DNA of 18,053 nt, taken from Deltaproteobacteria bacterium. GTDB lineage: Bacteria; Myxococcota_A; Polyangia; Polyangiales; Houyiibacteriaceae. Below are positions 7,213-15,896 of the stretch, one piece after another. The position numbers and the translations under genes are program-made. The stretch lies in assembly GCA_034670305.1 (NCBI GenBank), contig JAXMNT010000086.1, positions 1 to 18,053 of the forward strand, given 5' to 3'. The notes under the pieces are model-generated. The model was not told where the DNA came from and searched no databases. It saw nothing but the letters and a program-made list of their open reading frames with translations. The first letter of the stretch is position 1. Every line of letters starts with the position of its first letter.

Positions 7213-8547
7213 TTAGCGGCTGGTGAAGACGAAGGGGTAGCGGACCGAGGTGACGCCTTCGGTCTGCGGGAAGGACCAGCGGGAGACCGACTGCGCGACG
7301 CACTGGCCGACCCGGTCCGTCATGCCGCCGGCGGGGGTGGCGACCGAGGAGCGGACGCTGCCGTCTTGGCTGACGAGGAACTGCACTTCGACGCGGCCGG
7401 CCAGGTCGGGGCGGCTCTGGAGCTGCTGGCTGTAGCAGTGAAGCACTTCGGGGCGGTGGCGGCGGACGACGCGGAGGATGTCGTTGCGGCTGAGTCCACC
7501 GACGGTCCGCACGTTGGTCGTGTAGTCCATGTGCGGCACGACGTCGGGGCGGTCGCGGCCCGGTCCGAGGTCGCCGGTGCCGGGGGCACCCGGGCGGCCG
7601 TTCTGTCCGGGGCGGTCCATGAGGCGGGTCAGTCGCGCCACGCCGTCGCCGCAGTGGTCACCGGTACAGGTGCCGACGCCGGCGTGGGTCATGTCGAGTC
7701 CACCGAAGTTGCCGTCGCCGCCAGGAATGCCCGCGAGCGCCATCCAGCTGCGGCCGTCATCGGCCAGGCTGTTGAACGGGGAGCCGGCGTCGGCCGGGCG
7801 GAGCAGGCCGGCCATGTGGCGCAGGGCCGCGAAGGTGCCGAGGTTGTTCACGTCGCTGGCGGTGGTGGCCACCGGGCGTTCGCCGCGGCGCATGGGCGTG
7901 CGGCCAGGGTTCGCGACCGGGCCGGGCTCTCCGTCGCCGCCCGTCGGGGAGGCTTCACCGGCTTCGCCGTCGCCGCCGCCGGTCGAGTTCTGCGCCGGGA
8001 CCTCGGGCGGGTTCTCACGGGCGATCGACTGCAGCTCGTAGCGCAGGTACTCGACCCGGTCGTGGTCGATGTCGAGCGAGAGCGCCGACGCGTTCGGTGG
8101 CGCGAGCATCAGCAGGCCGATGAGGAGCAGCGCGAAGGCGAAGGTGCCCGCCAGCATGCGACCGAAGGTGCGGTCGAGTGTGATCGGCGCGCGGGGCGTG
8201 GTCGGGGTCGCTTCGGTGGTGCGGACGGTGAAGCGGAAGTCGCCGATGCGGACTTCGCAGACCATGCCGGCTTCGAGCACGAGCGGCGCGTCCGTGGTCA
8301 GCGTCTCGTCGCCCCGGCTGGCCACCAGGGTGGCGCCGAGCAGCTGCGAGCCGTCGACCACCCAGCCCCGCTCGTCGCGGGAGGCGAGGGTGAGGCGGCG
8401 GCTGACCACCTCGGCGGGAAGCAGGAAGGTCGAGTCGGCTTCGCCCACCGTGATCGCCCCCTCTTTCCGCAGCTCCTGAGCGAGGGGGGTGCCCTCCCAG
8501 CTCATGATGACTTCCAGTTCCGTTTCGTTGTGTGCTTCGTGCGTCAT
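7213..8547 (-). CDS. AgmX/PglI C-terminal domain (TonB-C-like) membrane protein, GltG-like architecture
   Basis: Cytoplasmic beta-rich N-terminus, TM (AFALLLIGLLML), Gly-rich linker, and C-terminal GGLSRNDILRVVRRHRPEVLHCY...LAGRVEVQFLVSQDGSV...VGQCV...WSFP...VRYPFVF. GGAG RBS upstream. Confidence 0.85.
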   Translation of the reverse strand: MTHEAHNETELEVIMSWEGTPLAQELRKEGAITVGEADSTFLLPAEVVSRRLTLASRDERGWVVDGSQLLGATLVASRGDETLTTDAPLVLEAGMVCEVRIGDFRFTVRTTEATPTTPRAPITLDRTFGRMLAGTFAFALLLIGLLMLAPPNASALSLDIDHDRVEYLRYELQSIARENPPEVPAQNSTGGGDGEAGEASPTGGDGEPGPVANPGRTPMRRGERPVATTASDVNNLGTFAALRHMAGLLRPADAGSPFNSLADDGRSWMALAGIPGGDGNFGGLDMTHAGVGTCTGDHCGDGVARLTRLMDRPGQNGRPGAPGTGDLGPGRDRPDVVPHMDYTTNVRTVGGLSRNDILRVVRRHRPEVLHCYSQQLQSRPDLAGRVEVQFLVSQDGSVRSSVATPAGGMTDRVGQCVAQSVSRWSFPQTEGVTSVRYPFVFTSR

Positions 8548-8595
8548 GTTCCGTCTCCGTCGTTCCGGGCCGTGTTGGCCTCAGGGACATGACAT

Positions 8596-8612
8596 TGCGA
8601 CAGCCGTGCCAA
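8596..8612 (-). promoter_or_regulatory. Sigma54 (-24/-12) promoter for the AgmX/PglI-domain gene
   Basis: Minus strand reads TTGGCACG-GCTG-TCGCA, matching TGGCACG-N4-TTGCW with one mismatch, 48 nt upstream of the ATG at 8547. Confidence 0.75.
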
Positions 8613-8741
8613 GCCAGAGTTCCTTGAAATCATTGGGAACTTTCCGCCATGACGGATGTCGCGGGTCGAAAAACCCGTGTGGGTTTGTGGAAACGCAGTG
8701 CTCGTGACGCGTCCCGTTACGCGAAACAGTTACGCTGCCGC

Positions 8742-9272
8742 ATGGCCCCTCCGAAGCTGATTTTCCGCGTCGAAACGAACGATCTGGCGGGGTTTCTGGC
8801 CCACGCCCTCACGGAAACGGAGCTGGAGGGCCAGCTCGCGATCGAAGGGGTCGATCCCTTCGTGCCGGCGGGAACCACGGTGGCGGCGGCGCTGGATCAG
8901 CTGGGGGCGTTGCCAGGCTTCGCGATCGAGCGGGCAGATGAGGCGCTGAGCGTCTGGGCGGAACAACCCGACGCCGACGTGGATCCGATGGGTGCCGACA
9001 TCGATTTTGTGACCAGCCTGCTCGAGCTGGCCGCCGATCGGGGCGCGCGCGGGTACCTGCATCTGATGCACGTCCTGATCGCGCACGACGAAGTGGAGCA
9101 CGCGCACCTGCGTGCGCAGGACGGGATCTGCGAAGAACAGATCGAAGCGCCCGCGATGGTGGAAGAGGTGTGGGCGCGGTTCGAGGCCCGCGGGGTTTGG
9201 CCGGTCGCGGAGGATCTGCACCACTGGCTGGACGATCCGGATCCGATCGACGAAGTGGTGGAAGTGGACTGA
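8742..9272 (+). CDS. Hypothetical acidic protein (176 aa)
   Basis: Protein-like composition in the gap between genes. ATG at 8742 is preceded by TACGCT plus 5 nt (track ORF starts at 8649). No recognisable family. Confidence 0.65.
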   Translation: MAPPKLIFRVETNDLAGFLAHALTETELEGQLAIEGVDPFVPAGTTVAAALDQLGALPGFAIERADEALSVWAEQPDADVDPMGADIDFVTSLLELAADRGARGYLHLMHVLIAHDEVEHAHLRAQDGICEEQIEAPAMVEEVWARFEARGVWPVAEDLHHWLDDPDPIDEVVEVD

Positions 9273-9282
9273 GCCCGCCGCG

Positions 9283-9438
9283 GCCCCTGCCGCGGCCCTT
9301 GCCCCTGCCCTTGCCCCTGCCCTTGCCCTCCGAAAGCGAAGCGGAAGCGGAAGCAGAAGCGGAAGAAGCCGAAGCCGATCCCGAAGCCGACCCCGAAGCC
9401 GACCCCGAAGCCGATCCCGACCCCGATCCCGACCCCGA
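9283..9438. repeat. Composite hexamer array: (GCCCCT/GCCCTT)n, (GAAGCG)n, (GAAGCC/GATCCC/GACCCC)n
   Basis: 6-nt periodicity fills almost the whole gap between convergent stops at 9272 and 9452. Confidence 0.93.
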
Positions 9439-9451
9439 GAAGACCGATGCG

Positions 9452-10519
9452 TTACGGGGTCGCGGGCTGAGCGGCGGCCGGCTGGGCGGCGGGAGCGGCG
9501 GGAGCGGCGGCGGGAGCTTCTGCTTCGACGGGCTGGAGATCCGCGATGCGGACCATGCCGCGCATGGCGACCTGGTCGTTTACGGCGACGAAGAGGTCGA
9601 CCTCTTGGGTGTCCTCGTAGCGGTTCATCTCCCGGCCGTACCCGGCTTCCGCGAGGATGCCGACGGTGTTGCCGTCGAACCGGATGCGGGTGTCGGGGGC
9701 CAGGCGCCAGAGCGGTTTGTCGGCTTCGGCGCGCAAGCGACTGGGCACACCGGTGGCGCCAGCGGCGAACACCGTGTCTTCGCCGGGGTCGGCGAGCTCG
9801 ACGTTCACGTAGCCGATCAAGTACGGGCCTTCGCCGACGCGGACGCCCTTCCAGGTGCCACGGTCGCGCAGGACTTCGACGCGCGTGCCCGGCTCGAGCG
9901 CGGGGAGCGTGGTGATGACTTCGCGGGGGGTCGCGTGGAGCGGCACTTCTTGGCCAGCCGGCAAGCGGAAGGTCTCGCCCGTGCTCAGCGGCGTGGCGTT
10001 CGCGGGCACGTCGCCCGCCGTGAGTGCCGTCATGGCGAATGTGCCGGTGTGGCCACTGCCGAAGATCTGATCGGCGAACCGCGGGAGCGCTTCGACGCGC
10101 GCCAGCCCTTCCACCGCGTCGGGCGAGACGAAGCGGACCAGGTCGCCCGGGCCGACGTAGGCCGGCGTGCCTTCGATCTTGCCGGGCTCCGTCACCCGCA
10201 GCGCGAGTCGTTCGGCGCTGATCCACGCGCGCACCTTCAAGGCACCGCGGATCCGCACCGGCAGGCGACCGTTCTGAGGGGCGCCCCGGGTCTCGATCGC
10301 CACGTTGGGCGAGACGTATCCGAGCGCGGGCGCGTCGGCGGACTCGGAGAGGAAGAGGGCCGGCCCGGTGCCGTAGCCAGTCACGAATTCGGTCGGCCAA
10401 CGCTCGTCGTTGGCGGCCGAGGCGGCGCCTTCGCCGTTCGCAGTGGTGGAGACATCGGTGCTGGCGGGCGTGCACGCCGCGGCCAGCAGGAGAACAGAGA
10501 GAAGTCCGCGTAGAGTCAT
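9452..10519 (-). CDS. Lipoprotein with several SH3-like beta domains
   Basis: MTLRGLLSVLLLAAAC lipobox. SH3-like segments (LFLSESADAPALGYV...RLPVRI...VRAWI and VPLHATP...GTRVEVLRDRGTWKGVRV...LIGYV). Ala/Pro tail. Domain call is by eye. Confidence 0.7.
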   Translation of the reverse strand: MTLRGLLSVLLLAAACTPASTDVSTTANGEGAASAANDERWPTEFVTGYGTGPALFLSESADAPALGYVSPNVAIETRGAPQNGRLPVRIRGALKVRAWISAERLALRVTEPGKIEGTPAYVGPGDLVRFVSPDAVEGLARVEALPRFADQIFGSGHTGTFAMTALTAGDVPANATPLSTGETFRLPAGQEVPLHATPREVITTLPALEPGTRVEVLRDRGTWKGVRVGEGPYLIGYVNVELADPGEDTVFAAGATGVPSRLRAEADKPLWRLAPDTRIRFDGNTVGILAEAGYGREMNRYEDTQEVDLFVAVNDQVAMRGMVRIADLQPVEAEAPAAAPAAPAAQPAAAQPATP

Positions 10520-10677
10520 GGAGTCGTCGGGATAGCCCAACCACCGCATCCCGGGCAAGGTCCCGGCATGGTCGAGCGCGCGCTCAGCCACCGAAGACCG
10601 TCAAGTTCGCTCTACTTTGCCACACTCGAGGTGGAAGCCGAGCATCGGGCGGTGGCCATCCCGGCGACCGCACGTCG

Positions 10678-10698
10678 GGGTCCGAAGGCCTCGGACCC
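10678..10698. other. Short perfect inverted repeat just downstream of the 10705..11466 gene
   Basis: GGGTCCGA-AGGCC-TCGGACCC with no U-tract; function unknown. Confidence 0.35.
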
Positions 10699-10704
10699 GT
10701 TCGC

Positions 10705-11466
10705 TCAGCGGTAGCGGACCCGGAGTCGAACGCCGAGGTTGCTGGCGATTTGTTGTGCGATCGACCGCGGGATGCGGTCGAGTCGGTCTTCCACCACCGC
10801 CCGGGCGCGGGCGTGCGGCTCGCCCTTGAGGGCCGGCAGCACGATTTGGGACCAGCGCAACAGCGTCTTGCCGTTCGCGCCCTCGAGCGCGAGGGTCAGC
10901 ACCGGCTCGAGGCGTTTCTGGTAGGCGACCGACGCGGTGCACAGGTTCGCGAAGGTGCGCACCAGTCCGTCTTTGCCGTCCTCCAGTGTGGGTTCGAAGG
11001 CGGCTTTGAGCGTGTCGAGGTGTTTGGCGACGCGCGCCGGCGCGATCTTCGCGATGGCCGGGAGCGCATCGGCGGAGGTCTGCACCACCCGCTTGTGTTT
11101 GGACGTGATGCCCTGCGCGAACTTGTCGACGTGGCCCTGCAAGAGCTCCGGCTTGTCGTTGACGAGTTCGTGGAGAATGCGCGCCGCTTTGGTCGCGGTC
11201 GTCGAGCGGGGGTCGAGCAACAGAGCGGCTTGTTCCGCCACCTGCGCGGCGGTGTCGTCCGCATCGATCAGAGCCGCTGCAGCCGCGCCGGCACCCGACT
11301 TCGGCTTGTCGTCTTCGACCGGCGCTTCCACCGCGGCGGCCGCAGCCTTCGCCGCCTTCGCGGGCTTGGTCGACTTCTTCGCCTTCTTGGCCGCAGCCGA
11401 CGCCTTCTTGGCCTTCTTGGCCGGGGCTTTCTTGGTGCTGCTCTTGGACGTCTTCTTCGCGGCCAT
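10705..11466 (-). CDS. Protein with Lys/Ala-rich histone-H1-like N-tail and HEAT/ARM-like helical domain
   Basis: AGGAG RBS; MAAKKTSKSSTKKAPAKKAKKASAAAKKAKK...; then amphipathic helical repeats (ALPAIAKIAPARVAKHLDTL; LVRTFANLC). TAGGAT -10-like box at 11521-11526 (minus strand). Confidence 0.8.
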   Translation of the reverse strand: MAAKKTSKSSTKKAPAKKAKKASAAAKKAKKSTKPAKAAKAAAAAVEAPVEDDKPKSGAGAAAAALIDADDTAAQVAEQAALLLDPRSTTATKAARILHELVNDKPELLQGHVDKFAQGITSKHKRVVQTSADALPAIAKIAPARVAKHLDTLKAAFEPTLEDGKDGLVRTFANLCTASVAYQKRLEPVLTLALEGANGKTLLRWSQIVLPALKGEPHARARAVVEDRLDRIPRSIAQQIASNLGVRLRVRYR

Positions 11467-11611
11467 GTCTCTCCTCTGTCTCCTGCGTCGTGCCGGGACC
11501 CGAGCGCAGAATGGGGTGTCATCCTACCTGGGCGCGCTGCCCACGGGAAGGAACGGTTTGGCCCCCGCGGTTTGGCCTGAGTGCTTGGCGGCCCCAGTCA
11601 GTGGAACGGCC

Positions 11612-13528
11612 TCAGCGGAGGTTTCTTAGCAGCTGGGCGGCGTCTTGCAGCGCTTGGTTGCTGTCGGCACCACCGAGCCCGGTCGAATTGTTCGGCCCGG
11701 CGGGTGCCCCGCCGCCTGGCACCGGGCCGCCGAGCCCGGGGATCGCCCCGCCCCCGAGCCCCTGCGTCATCTGCTGGAGCAGGTTCTGAAGGTTGCCGAT
11801 CGTCTGACCGCCGCCGAGCCAGTCTGCGGTCATCTGCCCCATGTCGGCCTGGCCCAGGTCCTCGTCTCCGTGGGTCTCCTCGAGCCACCGACGTTCGAGC
11901 CGCCGCACCCGGGCGCGGTGCCGGCCGCGGGCGAGCTCGTCGAAGAGCGCGCGGGGCGGAGCGACGGCGAACCGGTTGCGTCCGACGTAGCGCTGGACCC
12001 CCGCGAAGAACTGCCGGTCGCCCACCACCTCTCGGATGCGTTCGTACGCGAAGGCGCCCTTGCCGTAGACGAGCCCGGCGTACGCCATCTCGTTCTGGAA
12101 CCCGTCCACCGGCTGGTCGACCGCGGCATCCGCCGCGCCGGTCATGCGCATCATGTGGTAGTTCGACGCCACCTGCCGGCGCGCTTCCTGGTCGGCGCGC
12201 TCGTTCCCGTGCCGTTCGCGCATGTAGAGGATCGAGCTGAACTGGGCGAGCGACTCGTCGACGAATGGGTGTCGGCGCGCGTCGCTGCCGACCACGCCAT
12301 GCCACCACTGGTGCGCGACTTCGTGCGCGACGACGAACTCGAGCATGGACTCCCGCATGCCGCCGCCATTGGTGTTGCCTGAGGATCGCAAGAGGCTTCC
12401 GACGACCCCGAGGCCCATGCCCCCGCCCGAGCCATAGAACATCTTCGCGAGCGTCACGAGTCCGCTGAACTCGACTCCGCCGGCACCGCCGACGAGCGGG
12501 GCCTCCACGAGATCCAGATCGAGGTAGGGGTACCGGCCGAAACGGCGCTCGTAGATCTCGAGCGCGGCTGCCGCGGCGTCGAGCGCGGCCCGTCCATCGG
12601 TGGCGTCGGCCGGCAGATGCCAGCTCCGCACCGTGACGCCCGAGACCTCGCGCTCTTGCACATCGAACTGGGGACTGACGATCGCCGCGAAGTTCCGGCT
12701 GAGCCCCGCCACCGCGACGACTTCGTGGTGCGCGGGCCGGCCGGACTGGCCAAGCAGTGTCTCTTCCCGAACGACCGTTCCGCTGATGGCGACGCGCGAC
12801 CCTTGGGCACAACGGACGCGGGCGCGGAAGTGCGAGAGCCCACCCGCGCCGAGGTCGCCCATGGTGCTCGCGTCGGAGGTCACCCACGCGCCGTCCCGGC
12901 GGTCGGCCAGCATCGCGTAGAAGTTGCCGAGCGATGCGATGCCGCCGCTCTCTGCGAGCAGGCCGTATTCTCCGTGGAGGTTGCCGGACCCGCCGCTGAG
13001 ACGGGTCATGCCTTCCATCGCCTGCGCCATCATCCCGGTTCGGGTGGGATCGATGTGTTGCAGGGTGGCGCGCAGCTGAAGCCGGATGCGGAGCCGGCCG
13101 CCGGGTGCGACCGGGTGCTCGGGATGGATCAGGATCGTGCTGCGTCCATCGAACTCGACTTGGCAGTTCGTGCCGACGCATTCGGAGCCGGTGAGCCGGA
13201 CCCGCGGTTCGGTGCCCACCGCGTTCGCGTAGATGCGCAGGGCGACGTCCGGCAGGGTCTCGGTGCTGGTGTTCGTGAACCAGACGTCTTCCTGCGCCTG
13301 CATCTCTCGCTGATCGTCGGACAGGCGGATGTCGAGGTCGTAGAGCGGGAGGGTGTCGAGGCCGGCCGGCGCATACTGCGCCGCTTCGCGTCGATCTTCG
13401 GGCCGGAGGTTGCGCAGCAGCGGCGCGGCTTCGTACCACTGGGTCTGCGCGTCTGCGGTCTCGTCGCATCCGGTGCTGCCCCCGAAGAGGAGCGCCGCGA
13501 GGAGGAGCGGAGTGAACATGGAGCGCAT
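11612..13528 (-). CDS. M1 family Zn aminopeptidase, probable lipoprotein
   Basis: HEVAH-x18-E (HEVAHQWWHGVVGSDARRHPFVDE), GAMEN-equivalent GGVEF, and VYGKG Tyr motif. Signal with STGC. Start ATG at 13528 (or 13519), with TATTCT 7 nt upstream. Confidence 0.92.
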   Translation of the reverse strand: MRSMFTPLLLAALLFGGSTGCDETADAQTQWYEAAPLLRNLRPEDRREAAQYAPAGLDTLPLYDLDIRLSDDQREMQAQEDVWFTNTSTETLPDVALRIYANAVGTEPRVRLTGSECVGTNCQVEFDGRSTILIHPEHPVAPGGRLRIRLQLRATLQHIDPTRTGMMAQAMEGMTRLSGGSGNLHGEYGLLAESGGIASLGNFYAMLADRRDGAWVTSDASTMGDLGAGGLSHFRARVRCAQGSRVAISGTVVREETLLGQSGRPAHHEVVAVAGLSRNFAAIVSPQFDVQEREVSGVTVRSWHLPADATDGRAALDAAAAALEIYERRFGRYPYLDLDLVEAPLVGGAGGVEFSGLVTLAKMFYGSGGGMGLGVVGSLLRSSGNTNGGGMRESMLEFVVAHEVAHQWWHGVVGSDARRHPFVDESLAQFSSILYMRERHGNERADQEARRQVASNYHMMRMTGAADAAVDQPVDGFQNEMAYAGLVYGKGAFAYERIREVVGDRQFFAGVQRYVGRNRFAVAPPRALFDELARGRHRARVRRLERRWLEETHGDEDLGQADMGQMTADWLGGGQTIGNLQNLLQQMTQGLGGGAIPGLGGPVPGGGAPAGPNNSTGLGGADSNQALQDAAQLLRNLR

Positions 13529-13661
13529 GGGCGGGAGAATAGCGCCCCTGCCGCCGCGCCGCGAACGCAGAGGCGATCCGCACCTGCGTTTCCAAAGGAC
13601 AACACTGGGTTTCGCCTTGGCGCCGCGTAACGAAGACGCAGGGTTCGCAGTACGCTCCGGC

Positions 13662-15503
13662 ATGCGCACCCCCATTTTCTTCTTGGTCGCAGGGTTGGCC
13701 GCCTGTGGCGGCACACCCGTCTCGGGACCAGGCACGACAGCGGCCTCGTCGTCGGGGTCGATCGAGTGGCAGGCGTTCGGCGCGGACGCATTCGCCGAAG
13801 CGGAGCGGGACGGGAAACTCCTCCTGGTCGACGTGGGCATCGAAGGCTGCACCGCGTGCCGCTGGATGGCGGAGGCGACCTACACCCATCCGGACGTCGT
13901 CGCGCGGGTGAACGCGCACTTCGTTCCTGTCGCGGTCGACGCCAACCTCCGGCCCGACCTCGGCGAGCGCTGGTCGCGTTGGGGCTGGCCGGCCACGATC
14001 GTGCTCTCCCCCTCCGGCGAGCAACTCTTCGCGGTCCGAGGCAACAAGCGGCCCCGCAACTTCGTCCCCCTCCTCGATCAGATCCTCACCGCGCGCGCGG
14101 ACGGCACCCTGCGGCCCGAGATGGATCCGTTGCCCGACGCGGCGCCGGAGGGCGCAGTGGAACTCAGCTGCCGCGAAGTGAACGACGCGCTGGAGTCGCG
14201 CCGCGCGGCGCTCGGATGGGACGGAGGGTTTCTGATGGTGCGCGGCGCACCGCTCGCCCATGAGTTTCTGCGCCACGACACCCGCGGCGCGGATCTCGAG
14301 CACGCACTCGGCACTGCGGAGGCATTCCAGCGCCTGCTCGATCCGGTTTGGGGTGGTGTGTTCGTGGCCGGACGAGAAGCGGACGGCGGGTTTCAGGTGA
14401 TTGCCGAGAAGCGGGTGCTGCACAACGCGGCGGCCCTGCACGCGTTCGCGCGTCTCCACGCGCTTCATGGGGACCCGGGTTCGCGGCAGGCGGCCGAAGA
14501 GATCCACCGCTACCTCGCCGACTGGATGACCGCCCCGGACGGGACGTTCTACGCCACGCAGGAAGACGACGCGCCGGGCCTCCCGTCGGGCATGCGGGCC
14601 GCGGACTACTACGCACTTCCCGACGCCGAGCGGCGCGCCCTGGGCATCCCGCCGATCGACCACGCCGTCTACACGGACTTGAACGGCCGCATGATCGAAG
14701 CGTACGCCAACGCCTTCATCGTCCTGCGCGACCCGCGGTACCTCGACGCGGCGAGGCGCGCGACCGAGACGCTCCTGCAGGATCGCGTGAGCGCCGATGG
14801 ATGGATTCGGCAGACCGCGCCCACCGACGCGGTGGCCTCCGACGATCGCATGCGCGACTTCGAGGCGGGCGCGGGCGGTCCCTACCTGGCGAGCCAGGCC
14901 TGGATGCTCGTCGCGACCCTCGCGGTCTACGACGCGACCTTGGAGCCGGTCTTCTTGGAGGCGGCGACGGGGATCGCAGATGCGTCGCTGGCGGCGCTTC
15001 GGCATGAACACGGCGCTCTGCTGGCGGGCCCGCCGGACCCTTCGACCGAACGCCTCGCGCCGAGGTTCCCCGTCGAAGACAACGCGGTGATGGCGCGCGG
15101 GTTGGTGCGGCTGGCGGCGTTCACCCACGAAGCGCGATACCGCGCCGAAGCCGAAACCATTCTGCGCGCCGTCGCGCCGCCAGGCGCGCTGACCCGACGC
15201 GGCGCCAACGTGCAGGCGGAAGCCGCGCTCGCGTTCGAACACCTGCTGCTCGGGCCCCTGGAAGTCAGCATCGTCGCCGACCCCGACGACCCCGACGCGG
15301 CCGCGCTCTTCGAGGCTGCGATGCAAGTGCGGTCGAGCCGGCGCGTCGTGCACTTCGAGCCGGACGGACGCTACCCGCGGCAAGCGCACCCGATCCTGCA
15401 CGTGTGCAGCAACGTCGCGTGCTCGAGCCCGATCGCCGACCCGAACCGAGTCCAGGAAGTCGCCGCCCAGCTCGCGCGGGTGGAGGGCGGCGCGTGCGAG
15501 TGA
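13662..15503 (+). CDS. YyaL/SSP411-like (DUF255) thioredoxin-domain protein with lipoprotein signal
   Basis: [15 protein letters not shown] lipobox; [23 protein letters not shown] (CxxC); [54 protein letters not shown]-terminal [10 protein letters not shown]. Confidence 0.92.
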   Translation: MRTPIFFLVAGLAACGGTPVSGPGTTAASSSGSIEWQAFGADAFAEAERDGKLLLVDVGIEGCTACRWMAEATYTHPDVVARVNAHFVPVAVDANLRPDLGERWSRWGWPATIVLSPSGEQLFAVRGNKRPRNFVPLLDQILTARADGTLRPEMDPLPDAAPEGAVELSCREVNDALESRRAALGWDGGFLMVRGAPLAHEFLRHDTRGADLEHALGTAEAFQRLLDPVWGGVFVAGREADGGFQVIAEKRVLHNAAALHAFARLHALHGDPGSRQAAEEIHRYLADWMTAPDGTFYATQEDDAPGLPSGMRAADYYALPDAERRALGIPPIDHAVYTDLNGRMIEAYANAFIVLRDPRYLDAARRATETLLQDRVSADGWIRQTAPTDAVASDDRMRDFEAGAGGPYLASQAWMLVATLAVYDATLEPVFLEAATGIADASLAALRHEHGALLAGPPDPSTERLAPRFPVEDNAVMARGLVRLAAFTHEARYRAEAETILRAVAPPGALTRRGANVQAEAALAFEHLLLGPLEVSIVADPDDPDAAALFEAAMQVRSSRRVVHFEPDGRYPRQAHPILHVCSNVACSSPIADPNRVQEVAAQLARVEGGACE

Positions 15504-15509
15504 GGTAGA

Positions 15510-15810
15510 GGAAGCGGGGCAGCGGAAGCGGAAGCGGAAACGGAAGCGGAAGCGGAAGCGGAAGCGGAAGCGGAAGCGGAAGCGGAAGCCGACGCCGAAG
15601 CCGACGCCGACGCCGAAGCCGTTTCCGAAGCCGAAGCCGATCCCGACGCCGACGCCGAAGCCGAAGCCGACGCCGACGCCGAAGCCGAAGCCGTTTCCGA
15701 AGCCGAAGCCGACACCGAAGCTGAGGCCGAAGCCGAAGCTGACGCCGAAGCCGAAGCTGACGCCGAAGCCGAGCCCGACGCCGACGCCGACGCCGATCCC
15801 GAATCCGAAG
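15510..15810. repeat. Composite hexamer array: (GCGGAA)n block then (GCCGAA/GCCGAC/...)n block
   Basis: 6-nt periodicity; blocks at about 15510-15588 and 15588-15810. Reverse-complement architecture of 5101-5384. Confidence 0.95.
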
Positions 15811-15896
15811 GAGAGGGTGTGCGGTGCCCGTGCCCGTGGTTCTCCCGACTCTCCTGCGCGGTGGTCCCTCCGGCGGGCCGTGCTAGGTGGGGCGGC

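Noticed and set aside
8620-8645. IHF site upstream of the sigma54 promoter (TTGAAATCATTGGGAAC)
   Set aside because: AT-rich and plausibly placed, but only a partial match to WATCAANNNNTTR.
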